Shown one piece after another: positions 24,227 to 36,503 of a stretch of 64,000 nucleotides of DNA; the first letter of the stretch is position 1; each line of letters starts with the position of its first letter. The notes beneath the pieces were generated by a model. It was not told the DNA's origin and searched no databases. It worked only from the letters and a program-made list of their open reading frames with translations. The DNA is from Azolla caroliniana (taxonomy: Eukaryota; Plantae; Polypodiophyta), in contig JBHGNT010000013.1 of assembly GCA_043228905.1 (NCBI GenBank), positions 13,578,001 to 13,642,000 of the forward strand. The letters are read 5' to 3'. A program made the position numbers and the translations under genes.

Positions 24227-24503
24227 GTTGCCATCCAGATCTAGACCACTTTCTGATGGTTGTTGGTTAAGTACCATATGTATAATTATTAGTTTTTAAT
24301 CTTATTCATATGTGTGTATGTATATTTTCATATGCATGGTTGTGTTGTATGCCTCTATGAATGATGCACACATGCATTTGCAACATTCCGTCATAATTTG
24401 TGTTTTTGCTATTGTCATATCACAGGCAAGAAAAGCTCTTTTGGTCTTGAGAAGCCTCATGCGACTTCAAGATGTAATTTACAATAGAGGGCGGAGATTC
24501 CAA
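24227..24503 (+). pseudogene. IQ67-domain (IQD) gene fragment with retained intron
   Basis: Exon VAIQI*TTF*WLL, then GT intron 24266-24425 AG, then ARKALLVLRSLMRLQDVI..RG. Matches IQ67 AAIKIQTAFRGYL|ARRALRALKGLVRLQA with its phase-0 intron. The stops are consistent with CAG>TAG and CGA>TGA. Confidence 0.7.
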
Positions 24504-25431
24504 TGACAATCGAACAAGACTTTGTTGTGATCTTTTGTTTGCTACTATCATTTTGATATTGTTATTTTATTCACACAGTATGTTAATCTTTGGTTTCATA
24601 TTGTTACTGTATAGGTTTTCAACTCATTGAATGACTGTGGTCACAAAGAAGTGGTAAAAAACGTATTTTCAAAGTGTGTAGGTTTACAAATTTCAGACTA
24701 GATCTTCTTGAATAGCAATGTAGGGAGTTAAATACCCAATTTTTCTTAGAGAAAAACTCAGTGTGTTGTTTTTGGGATTGCAGTAACTTTGTGCAGCGAA
24801 GTTCTTACTCAAGTTGAATGTTGTGAATTATTCTTGGATATCACATAATATTGTTTTAGATGCTCTTTTAGATATATCGTTTTGCACTTACGTGAAGCCA
24901 AAATATATGCATTGCTACATAGGCATGTTATAGAAGATGGAATGTAATGAAGATAGCCTTTAATGCTTAGTGATTAGATGGTGATCATTCTTCGATATGA
25001 AGACACATGCTCCACACCATCATACATGCAAACAAACATACAAACAAAAATTTTTAAACGGAAATAAGGAATAAAATGTATTAAAAAGGTGCAAGCAAAA
25101 ATTAATGTGTTGTAATTCAACTCATACATAAATAAACATGAAATACAATATAGCACATATGTTATTATTATAACATACATACATTCGCATGCAATACAAT
25201 ACATTTCATACTACAACCCATGCATAAAATATATACAAGTTTACAACATATGCAATATAATACAATACAATACATATATAAAACATATGTGTGTTTTCTA
25301 TGCAAGGGCATTTAAAATGAGTAGTTATAAAAATATATATTTACAGTAAGGGGTATTTTTATGAACTGTTTTTTTATAAAAGGGTATCTAAAATAGTGAA
25401 AAATATATGTATAAGGGGTTTATAAAAGATG

Positions 25432-27092
25432 TCATGAACGCAAACTCTGCAAGCACCTCCAACTCCGAACACGTGTGGTTCGTAGACTCCGGTGCCTCGC
25501 ACCACATGACGTCGCACCAAGAGTGGTTTCGCGACTTGCGAACGCCGGATCGACCCGGCTACATAGAGACCGGAGACGACACTCCGCATCCCATTCGGCA
25601 CATCGACGATGTCCCATTTGGGAAAGAAGGCGAGCAAACCTGCATCAAGAATGTCTCGCACGTGCCCACAATAACAAAGAATTTGGTCTCGGTCGGCCAA
25701 ATCGTGGAGCAAGGCATGCAAGTCCGCTTCAACAATGAAGGTTGCTTCATCGAGAAAGACGGCCGACTCATAGCCAAGGGACGGAGAGAAGGTTGCTTGT
25801 TCATCCTCGACTCAAACGAGGTAAAATCGGCCATGTACGCCAAAGGTCTCAAGAACGAAACAAACATCGAGTTGTGGCACAAGCGAATCGGCCACGTAAA
25901 CCTCCAACGGCTTCGCGGAATGCAATCAAAGGGAGTCGTAATTGGACTTCTGACCTTCGAATCAAAACGAGTCGACCGAGTGTGTGAAGCATGCCAACTC
26001 GGCAAACAACATCGACTCCCATTCCCGAAGGAGAGCTCCGCAAGCAAAGGCCTCCTTGACATAATCCACTCGGACGTATGGGGACCGGCTCAAACGCCGA
26101 CGCTCGGCGGATGCCACTACTATGTCACCTTCATCGACGACCACTCGCGCTATGCGTGGATATACCCGATGAAGAAGAAGAAGAGCGAAGTGCTCTCCCA
26201 CTTTCAAAGGCTCAAAAGCCAACTGGAGAAAGAAACTGGTCGGCACATTCGATGCCTACGATCGGATGGAGGAAAGGAGTACTTCTCCAATGAGTTCACC
26301 TCCTACCTCCAAGATGAAGGCATTCGTAGAGAATTCTCATGCCAACACACTCCCCAACAAAACGGAGTAGCCGAGAGAAAGAATCGGAAAATTCTCGAGG
26401 TAGCACGCGCCATAATGCGTGAGAAGCACATGCCGAACTTCTATTGAGCGGAAGTGGCATCCACAGCCGTCTATCTCATGAATCAATGCACCACAAATAG
26501 CGTGCACGAGCTTACTCCATACGAGATCTTCGTTGGAAAGAAGCCCATCCTCTCGCACCTCAAGGTGTTCGGAAGCATTGCGAGTGTACACATCCCGAAC
26601 GAAAGTCGAGAGAAGCCTGACGCGAAGTCGGAAGAATGTATCCTCATAGGATACTTGTCCGCGAAAAAGGCGTACAAGTGCTTCAACCCTTCGACCCGAG
26701 CGGTGCGGATAAGTCGCGACATCGTTTTCGACGAATCGGCATCTTGGTATAAGCTTGATGCGACTCCATCCGACCCGATCGAGGAAGAGTTGAACGCCAA
26801 ATCGGACAACGAAACTCGGCCAAGTCCTCCACTGAAGGATAATCCAAGCTCTACCGAGCTAATTGGCCTACAAGACCCTCCACGCGATGAAAACACGTCG
26901 CGACCAAGTCCGACATTGGACAAAGGCAAAGGTAAGATGCCCGAATATGAAGTCGAGGTCCACCCCGACGATCGTGATTCAGATGATTCGGCTCGCTCAC
27001 TAGACAGTGAGTTCGGTGTACCCATCATGAGGACACTCGGAGTAAAGAAGGCGTTGACATCGACAAACGAGAAACTCCGCCACTCATCATGA
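25432..27092 (+). pseudogene. Copia pol remnant: protease, GAG-pre-integrase, integrase
   Basis: WFVDSGASHHM, LWHKRIGH, CEACQLGKQ, HSDVWGP, RSDGGKEY, QQNGVAERKNR; stop at 26445-26447. Confidence 0.92.
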
Positions 27093-27375
27093 GCGAAGAC
27101 CCAAGTCACTTGTTACGCCTACAACGAGTATATGGCCCATCACTATGCCCTCGTGATGAAGGTAGTGGCCGAACAAGAGCCCGAGGATTCAAGCCTTCAT
27201 CACAGGCTTGAGGGGGAGAATAAGCCGCGAAGAACTGCGCAACGAGGCCGCAAAGACGCGGAGAGCTGCGCAACGAAGCCACGAAGAAAGCCACAAAGAG
27301 CCAAACAACGCCGCAAGTCGCACCGATGCCGACGAAGCCGAAGGAAGCTAAACCGGACGTTGGACGCCTCACACT

Positions 27376-27666
27376 TGTCATGATATAGCAAGACTCGAAC
27401 CCATGACCTTATGCTACATGGGTCGAGCTCTTGATCATTAGACTATACATTGTAATACGTAAAATATTATTTTCTTTTATGTTTTATTATAGAAAATTGA
27501 TGTATATTCCAGATTTCTCTGGAACATTCTAGAAACTTCAGGAGTATTCCTTAGAACACTATAAAAGGAGGGACAAGGCATTATTTCGAACCAAATCGGT
27601 TCAACGCCAGTCTTAAGCCTCCTAGCTACTACTGTACATTCTCTTCACATAATATATATCTTTTCT

Positions 27667-27711
<45 letters not shown>

Positions 27712-30700
27712 CCTCTCACTCACTCTTTCCTTCTCTCGAGAGTTCTTCACCTCTCTTAGTACTAATACTTCTTTCAGTACTAATTCCTTCTCTGTCTTAG
27801 TACTGTTCCTGATAGTTTGAACCGATTTCCGGTCGATCTTCCTTTCCTCCTCTTCCTTTCCTCCTTTTCCTTTTATCTTCTTATTAATCCTCTTATCCCC
27901 CCTAGTAAAATGGAAATTGTTAGCGCTCAGGAATACCAATTTGTTTTCTCGGAGCTCCAGTGCTTAAAAGAGAAATTTGTAGCACTAGAACAAGAAAATC
28001 ATCGCTTGTTGGGGGATCTTCAACAAATAGCGTTGGAAAAACAACAACAACACGGGGAGCTGACACTACGTGTACAACAACTCGAAGCGACTATCATATC
28101 ATTACAACAACAAGGATCAAGCACTCAAGGGATTCACAAAGAACCCAAGATCGGTCTTCCTGCAAAATTTGATGGGACCCGATCACAGTTTAGAGGGTTT
28201 TTGAATCAGGTACGTTTAGTGATACAAATGCATCCTTCTCGATATCCCACTGATGCATCACGAGTGGGACTAGTAGGCACTCTCCTTAGTGGCTCAACGT
28301 TAGCATGGTTTGCTCCATTGTTGGAAAAGGATTCTCCATTATTAAACAGTTTTGAAGAATTTATAAGTGAGTTTAAGGCCTGTTTTGGAGATACTGACAG
28401 CATAAGGACTGCAATCAACAAAATCCGGTGATTACGCCAAGGTGATCGTCCAGCATCCGCATACGCTGCAGATTTCCGCCTACTCGCTGCCGATATCCCT
28501 TGGGATGATCACTCATTGATGGAGCAATTCCGTTATGGCTTACGCAACGATGTCAAGGATTTACTCAAGGATTTACTCTTGACCTTCCCCGAAGAGCCAC
28601 AGTCATTAGCAGAAGCAATTAGTCGCGCGGTGAGATGCGACAACCGCCTCTTCGAACGACATTCAGAACGACAATTCCAGATTCCAAGGGCAAGATCAGA
28701 GCCTACCTATGCCTCAGTGGTAGCGAAACCTTTTCCGAGGGAGTCATATAATGCGCCTCTAGCAAGTACTCCAACTCCGATGGAAATTGACACCACACGT
28801 CGTCGTGGACCGCTATCGGAAGAAGAAAAGCAATGACGCTGAGCAAACTGACTATGTCTTTATTGCGGTGGACCAGGGCATATCACGGTAAACTGTCCCC
28901 ATAGGCCAAGAAGGCAGGTAAACCAAATAGTTGCTAGTTCTGATTGTACTAAACCCGAGTCTATTTCAGTACGGATATCTGATAGTCCTAATAGTACTAA
29001 TTGCCCAAATCTAGCAAACAAATTTGATGTCCTTAGTCAGTTCGAAGAAGAGTTAAACAACTAAGTCCAGCCAAAATAGGAGCCATTTGGTTGGACAGCC
29101 CTAGATCTGTGCAGCCCATTAGTGGTTCCATTCCCTCTAAGCAAGTTAGCAATGTGTTCGTAGCCCAAGTAACAGTTAGTACTAAAAGTACTCCTCCAGT
29201 ACATGTCTTAGCACTTCTAGATTCCGGAGCTAATTCTTGCTTCATGGATAGGAAATTTGCCCAAGCTCATCAGATATCTCTCAGAAAACTCTCATGTCCT
29301 GCCCTTGTAGTAGTCATCAATGGTCATCCCATTGCCTCAGGAAATATCATAGAAGAGTCAGAGCCCGTTAATATTGTCCTAGATAATATAGCATGTGTCA
29401 TATCATTTAATATAATTAGCATCCCAGAACACCCCATTGTCTTAGGATTACCATGGTTCGAATTACATAACCCAGACATAGATTGGCGGACAAGAGAAAT
29501 CTGGCATCAAAAAGCCCGAGGGTCTACTCATGAGATTGCAACGATTTCACTACATCAGTTGCGTGAGGAAGGATGCAAGGAAGAAATGTTCCTCTTCGCA
29601 ATATCAGTAAACCCCTCCAGCACCACTAAAGAGGATTCCACTGTTCAACTTCTAGAGAAGTATCATCAGTATGCCGATGTGTTTGATAAAGTACAAGCCA
29701 GTACGCTGTCACGTTGTTACACGCGTGCGTGGAGAAAGGCGGGACCACGGGGGTCTTGGACTAGGGAGTGACGGAGCGTAGGAAGTCGTGCTTCACCGTT
29801 TCCGGGGCATCCCAGAAGCACACCGGAAGTGACCGAAGGGAGAGAGAGAAAGAGAGGGACCGCGCGCCTAACACCGACTCACGCACACACACGCACACAC
29901 ACACACATGCCGACCCGACTCACGCCCTTATATATAGGAAACGCAAGAAAGGGGAAGCACTCGACACCAACATAGATGCGAATATACACAGACAGACGCA
30001 AATGTATATATATATAAGGAAGAATACATTCCCGGCTTCAAGCTGGTCCGAGGTAGGTTACAGTAGTCGTCAGCTGCCAAGCCGCCGGTCGGGGAGCTCA
30101 CGGGCTTGTCGCGCCGAGCGGGGTCTTGCGCAGGAGACGAGTTGAAGCAAACCCTAAGCGAACATGAAGGGGGAAGAAGAAGAAGAAGAAGTAATGTCAC
30201 TAACCCTAAATCTAACGGTATACCCTCTAACGCAAAATGGGCAACCCTTTCACAAAGGGCGCTCCCTTCCTTTTATAGAACAAGGAGAGGGATGCGTTAC
30301 AATGTGGGATAAATCCCGACTTACATGGGATTGTCTGTCCCGACTTGACTACTCTTCGGCGCCATAAAGGCGCCCTCGTTATTCACACTAAATGTACATG
30401 GGTGAGCACACACGCTGCACCCCGCCGATGTAGCCAATGTTTCCCGGTTTCCGCCTTTGGCCGAAATTCTTCACGACAACGCTTCCTCACCATCGACCAT
30501 ATGATTGCCCCATCGATTTACAACCGGGGAAAGAGCCACCTTGGGGACCGATCTACAATTTGTCACCAACCGAACTGGAAGTCCTTCGAGCCTATATAGA
30601 GGAGAATTTGGAGAATGGTTTCATACGACATTCGAAATCTCCAGCCAGCGCACCCATTTTCTTCGTCAAGAAAAAGGATGGCTCACTTCGGCTCGTTGTA

Positions 30701-33700
30701 GATTACCGTGGCTTGAATAAGGTTACAATCCGAAATAGGTATGCACTTCCCCTTATCTCAAGTCTTTTAGAACGGATCAATGGTGCTAGGTTCTTCACGA
30801 AGATCGACTTACGGGGGGGAGCCTATAACCTCGTACGGATCCGACCAGGAGATTAATGGAAGACCGCGTTCCGCACCAGATATGGGCACTTCGAGTATAC
30901 GGTCATGCCGTTCGGCCTCACTAATGCGCCAGCAGTCTTCCAACACATGGCAAATGATATTTTCCGAGATCTCTTGGATGTGTGTCTAATCATCTATTTG
31001 GATGATCTACTGGTTTACTCGAAGACCCAAGAAGAGCATGATTCTCATGTACTGTTAGTACTAAAACGACTTCGAGAACATGGTCTCTATGCAAAGCTGG
31101 AAAAATGTAGTTTCGGGTGCAACCAGGTGGAATTTCTCGGCTATGTCATTTCCTCAGAAGGCATCTCCATGGACCCAGCTAAGGTCAAAACGGTGGTAGA
31201 ATGGCAGACTCCGCGTTCGGTGCGGGATATGCAATGCTTTCTAGGCTTTGCCAATTTTTACCGGAAGTTTATAAAGGATCACTCAAAGCTCGTTTTGCCT
31301 CTTACACAACTTACTAGGAAGGGACAATCATTCGTTTGGTCTGAAGAAGCGGACATGGCTTTTGAGAATCTTAAACAGGCATTTACATCGGCTTTGATTC
31401 TAGCTCACGTTGATCGAGAAAAACCATTCATCATCGAAGCGAACGCATCGGATTTTGCATTGGGAAGCATTCTATCACAACGAGGTAATGATGAAAAGCT
31501 ACATCCTGTGGCTTTTCACTCACGCAAGTTTGACGCCGCCAAAATCAACTACGAAATTCATGATAAAGAGCTATTGGCTATAGTGGACTCTTTTATGCAA
31601 TGGAGGCATTTCCTAGAGGGATCTTCTCATCAAGTCACTGTATTCAGTGACCACAAAAACCTCGCCTATTTTCAAGACGCTCGTGTGTTAAATCGACGTC
31701 AAGCTCGGTGGGCCCACTTTCTCACGCGTTTCGACTTCAAGATTACATATCGACTTGGGAAACATCAAGGGAAAGCAGATGCATTATCACGACGTTCATA
31801 CCTAGCACCACGTCTCGGCGAGCCAGCTTTCGATAACCAAAAGCAAGTAATCTTGGGACCGGCACGACTGCAAGCAACACAGGTCTTCTGCATGCCCATG
31901 GATTCCCACATTATCGATATCATACGTGCGGACCTGAAGACAGATGCTTTCGCCCAAGCTATACTAGCACAAATTGATCCCTCTCGAGCGTCGTGTTCAC
32001 AGTCGCAACCACCAGGTACGGACTATCGGCAATTTAAATACCATGATGGATTACTCTTCTTTAAATAACTTTTGTATGTTCCTAATGGTTCTTGCCACTT
32101 GCAAGTAGTACAAAACTGTCATGACACATATACAGCTGGGCATTTTGGTAGTACTAAAACGTTACATTTAGTACAACGATCATTCTGGTGGCCCTGTATG
32201 CGACAATTTATCGAGGATTTTGTTCAGACGTGTGATACATGCTGCAGAGCGAAAATGCCAAGGCATCATCCATATGGTTTATTACAACCATTACCACTTC
32301 CAAGCAAGCCGTGGCAATCCATTGCTCTAGACTTCATCACAGATCTTCCAGTCTCTAAAGGGTTCAATGCGATTCTAACGATGGTTGATCGATATACGAA
32401 GATGGCTCATTTTTTGCCATGCACTAAGGAAATCTCCAGTGAAGACACCCGAAATTGTCATGCGTGAAGTATGTCGGCATCATGGACTTCCTGATAGTAT
32501 CGTCAGCGACCGTGGACCCCAGTTCGTGTCAAAATTCTGGAAGCACCTTTTTAAAATGCTCAAGGTCACTTGTAACCTCTCCTCCGGCTACCACCCACAA
32601 ACCGACGGCCAAGCCGAACGAACAAATCAAACGTTGGAGCAGTACCTGCGGTGATTTCTTAGCTATCATCAGGATGACTGGGCAGATATTCTCCACTTCG
32701 TCGAATTTGCCTATAATAACTCTATCCACGCATCAACTAAAGTTACGCCATTTTATGCTTATACGGGATGTCACCCCCGGTGGTGTGTACTTGAAACCCC
32801 AAAGGTGTCCACAAATCCTTGCGCGGAGGATCGTTTGGAGCGGTTACGCAAGATACAAGCAGATTTATCTACTCATCTCCAACAAGCTCAAGAAACACAC
32901 AAGGTTTATGCAGATCGTCATCGACTCCCATCTAGTTTTAACATTGGAGATCGGGTATGGCTACTCCGACGACACATCAAGACTACTCGCCCATGCAAGA
33001 AGTTGGATTATCGGCGATTAGGTCCCTTTCGTATTATAGGAAAGGTTAATGATGTCGCTTTTCGTCTTGATCTACCTCCACAACTTCGGATACATCCGAT
33101 GTTTTATAGTTCTCTCCTTGAACCCTATCAAGAGAGCACCATCCCAAGATGTATTACACAGTCTCCACCCCCGATCGAGCTTGAAGATGGACCTGAGTAC
33201 GAGGTTGCCGCCATCCTTGATTCCAAGCTTGTTCGCAACAAGATGTACTATCTAGTCGATTGGCTAGGATATAGTCCCAACGAGCGTACTTGGGAACTGA
33301 TAGAGAATGTCACCAACGCTCGTGCTCTTCTTGAAGACTTCCATTGTTAATATCCAGACAAACCGGGTCCTCAATCCAAAACGACTCGTTACACTCGTCG
33401 TTTTAAAGGGGGGATAGTGTCATGATATGGCAAGACTCGAACCCATGACCTTATGCTACATGGGTCGAGCTCTTGACCATTAGACTATACATTGTAATAC
33501 GTAGAATATTATTTTCTTTTATGTTTTATTATAGAAAATTGATGTATATTCCAGATTTCTCTGGAACATTCTAGAAACTTCAGGAGTATTCCTTAGAACA
33601 CTATAAAAGGAGGGACAAGGCATTATTTCGAACCAAAACGGTTCAACGCCAGTCTTAAGCCTCCTAGCTACTACTATACATTCTCTTCACATAATATATA

Positions 33701-33836
33701 TCTTTTCTTATCATCTCTCTCTCTCTCTCCCTCCCTCCCACTCACTCTTTCCTTCTCTTGAGAGTTCTTCACCTCTCTTAGTACTAATATTGCTTTTAGT
33801 ACTAATTCCTTCTCTGTCTTAGTACTGTTCCTAACA
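27376..33836 (+). mobile_element. Chromoviral Ty3/Gypsy (Tcn1/Tf1-like), older degenerate copy
   Basis: LTRs 27376-27814 and 33418-33836; TSD ACACT. Gag, PR (LDSGA), RT (YLDD), RH, INT and chromodomain, with stops and frameshifts. Confidence 0.93.
29707..30478 (-). mobile_element. Solo LTR inserted in chromovirus pol
   Basis: TGTCACG...CACGACA termini and exact 4-bp TSD ACGC (29703-29706, 30479-30482). Removal restores [13 protein letters not shown]. Confidence 0.85.
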
Positions 33837-34312
33837 ACACTTGAGCTTGAGGGGGCGTGTTGAGATATCAAGCTCAACTAGTTTAATCTAGTTAGTCAAC
33901 ACATGTAACTTAGTAGTTACCTAGATCGAATCTAGTTAATGTATTAACCTTAAGCCTTTAAATAGGACCTTGTACTTAAGTGGGATATTCTAGATCCTCC
34001 ACTCCTTAGTACATTTAATGTAGGACTTACACATAAGTACCTATGTTCTACCCACACATGTGCACCTTTGCACATGGGTTGTATATATACCTCATTGTGG
34101 GTATTTTTGTAGGTTGATGACACTTTTCAATATAGTCAATCATCCCCCATTTATCTTCGTGTTCATAAGTGTAACTTCCTCTCTCTCTCTCTCTCTCTCT
34201 CTCTCATCCTCTCACACACTCTCACGCGCATATCATACTAATCTTCTGCCGCTTAACCTAACCATATAATTAGTCTCTAATTAACCCTAGTTAATTACCC
34301 AATTACTTAACA

Positions 34313-34673
34313 CAAAGGAACAAGGGTCATCGGGGGGTAGGTCCTTCATGAGGGAGTAATCTCTAACAAGTGTGTCTCCATAGGTGGCATTGGGAAGGTG
34401 GGCTGGCCTTCGACCCTTGAGGGTAGGATAAAGTGTTGGGTTGGGTGTGAAGAGGGGCAAGGGTGCTGTAGTTGGGGGAGGGGCACAACAATTCAAAATT
34501 TTGAGTTCTAATGCGGGGATTTCTGATGGGGCATTGCAACTAGTGATGTTTGGGGACAAGATTGTGCATTGTGCTCGTATTATGAGGTTAGAATTGTGAA
34601 GACCATAATTAGTGTTATACATAAGAATGATGATGAAGGTGGACGAGACGAAAAAGCACATGGGCTTCCTCAT
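34313..34673 (-). pseudogene. PPO pseudogene, 5' part
   Basis: MRKPMCFFVSSTFIIILMY...MKDLPPDDPCSF joins FAQQANIHC at 19518 across the Copia TSD. Confidence 0.93.
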
Positions 34674-34750
34674 TGTGGTAAAAATTGAATCACATCCCTT
34701 TTTTGTTATGTGTTTGTGCTTGTTATAAAGAGAATGAGATCCTACTTATT

Positions 34751-34792
<42 letters not shown>

Positions 34793-35705
34793 CATGCTTG
34801 TCCTTGTAGATATATCGTGTGTGTGTCTTCACGCTTCACCAAAAATATTGAATTTATGACACACAATGCACATCAACGTTTCCATGTCCTTTCTTTGCCT
34901 TTATGAGTTTTGGAAGTGAGAAAATAAGGAAATTGTATAGGGTTGTGTTCTCTAATTTAAGATTAATCGACAAGTTTTGTTGAAACACGATTCATTTGGT
35001 ATTCCTTTACTGAAATTAATGGTTTTAGTTGGGTGGAATTTTATGTCGTTGTCGTTTTCTTTTTCTTTTTCTTTTTTCCAAAAATTGTTGTAAGTTTTTT
35101 TTTTTCCCCAAAAAAAATGTTGTCAGTTCTTTTTTTTGTCCCCAAAAAAAATGTTGTCCGTTCTTTTAATTTTCCAAAAAAAATGTTGGCAGTTCTCTTA
35201 TGCATCTCACCTATTTCAATAAACCAATAAAAGAATATTACTCTTCAGTCCTAAAGTTTTCACTTCCCCATTATGATCGTAAACTTATACAATAAACACA
35301 TATATTGGTCTCTTTTACTGAAATTAATAGTTTTAATCGGGTGGAATTTTATGTCATTGTTGTTTTCTTTTCTCTCTCTCCACTTTCTTCTTTTTCGCTC
35401 TTCCTTTTTTTAAAGTTCCCCTCTCACTAGTTCTATACCTCCCTTACTCTCCCCTTTTAATTCCCATTTCTTCCTCTATTGTTTGTTACCTTTTCACCCC
35501 CTTAGATTTTTCTAAACACCCACTATTACCCCTTCACATTAAACCTTCTCCCCCTCATTATATTTCCCCTTATTATAGAGTCTTCTCTTCTCTCTTTCCC
35601 CATTTCCAATCATACCCATTACCACACCTCCACTCCCCACTCCTTATTCTCATTTTTCTAAAGCCTCTCCTAAACTTCACTATATAAACACCATCAACCC
35701 CCAAA

Positions 35706-35759
35706 GGCCACTTAATGCTAATGAGCCCCGTAGGGGGCGAAACTAGTTTGCTTGTGGCC
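35706..35759 (+). ncRNA. Hammerhead ribozyme, probably inactive (G5A), in the duplicated Penelope-like fragment (~35410-35931 + 41714-41870)
   Basis: GGCCAC-uu-AAUG CUAAUGA GCCCC-guag-GGGGC GAAAC UA GUU UGCU-u-GUGGCC. Confidence 0.65.
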
Positions 35760-36221
35760 ATTCGCATTTCCCCTATCTCATTGTAAACCCTATCCTAATG
35801 AAGATTAGTTTTGTTTAATCTCTCTCTCTTTCTCAAGGTCATGGGTATGTTTTAATCTTATTTAGTGTTTTATTGGTATGTAGAGTTTAATTTTTAGTAT
35901 TTTGATCCCTTATCTCCCTCTCCCCTCCCTCTGTCATAACTAGACTCGAACCCATAACCTTTTGTTACACGGGTCGAGACTTTACCATTAGGTTATGAAT
36001 TGTAATTTGAAGGATATTATTTTCATTTAGGTTTTATTGGGAAATTGATGTATATTCCAGATTTCTCTGGAACATTCTAGAAACTTCAGGAGTATTCCTG
36101 AAGACACTATAAAAGGAGGCGCAAGGCATTAGTTCGAACCAAATCGGTTCAACGCCAGTCTTAAGCCTTCTAACTACTGTTGTATATCTTCCTTCATATA
36201 ATACATATATCTTTCGCATCA

Positions 36222-36267
<46 letters not shown>

Positions 36268-36503
36268 ACTCATTCCTTCTCTCAAAAGTTCGACACCTCT
36301 CATAGTACTAATCCTTCTCTGTCTTAGTACTATTCCCCAACAATAGTACTAATCCTTCTTTTAGTACTAATTCCTTCTCTGCCTTAATAGAGTTCCTGAC
36401 AGTTTGAACCGATTTTTTGGGTGCCTGTCTGGTCTTTTCTCTCCCTCTTCCTTCTGTCTCCCTCCTTTCCTGCTAGTCTCTTATTTCCCTTTTCCTTCAT
36501 CCC

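Larger units (their letters stand above)
20444..25431. mobile_element. Pack-type (MULE-like, tentative) insertion rich in microsatellite and carrying host gene fragments
   Basis: Replaces part of the Copia gag. AAGGGGTATT/AAGGGGTTT motifs near both ends. Contains H4 and IQD fragments. No clean TIR pair or TSD found. Confidence 0.45.
19519..34312 (+). mobile_element. Ty1/Copia element lacking RT/RNase H, splitting the PPO pseudogene and hosting nested insertions
   Basis: LTRs 19519-19989 and 33858-34312. PBS TGGTATCAGAGC at 19990. PPT GAGGGGGCG. TSD CGAAG/CAAAG. Gag start ~20166; protease, GAG-pre-integrase and integrase at 25432-27092. Confidence 0.9.
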
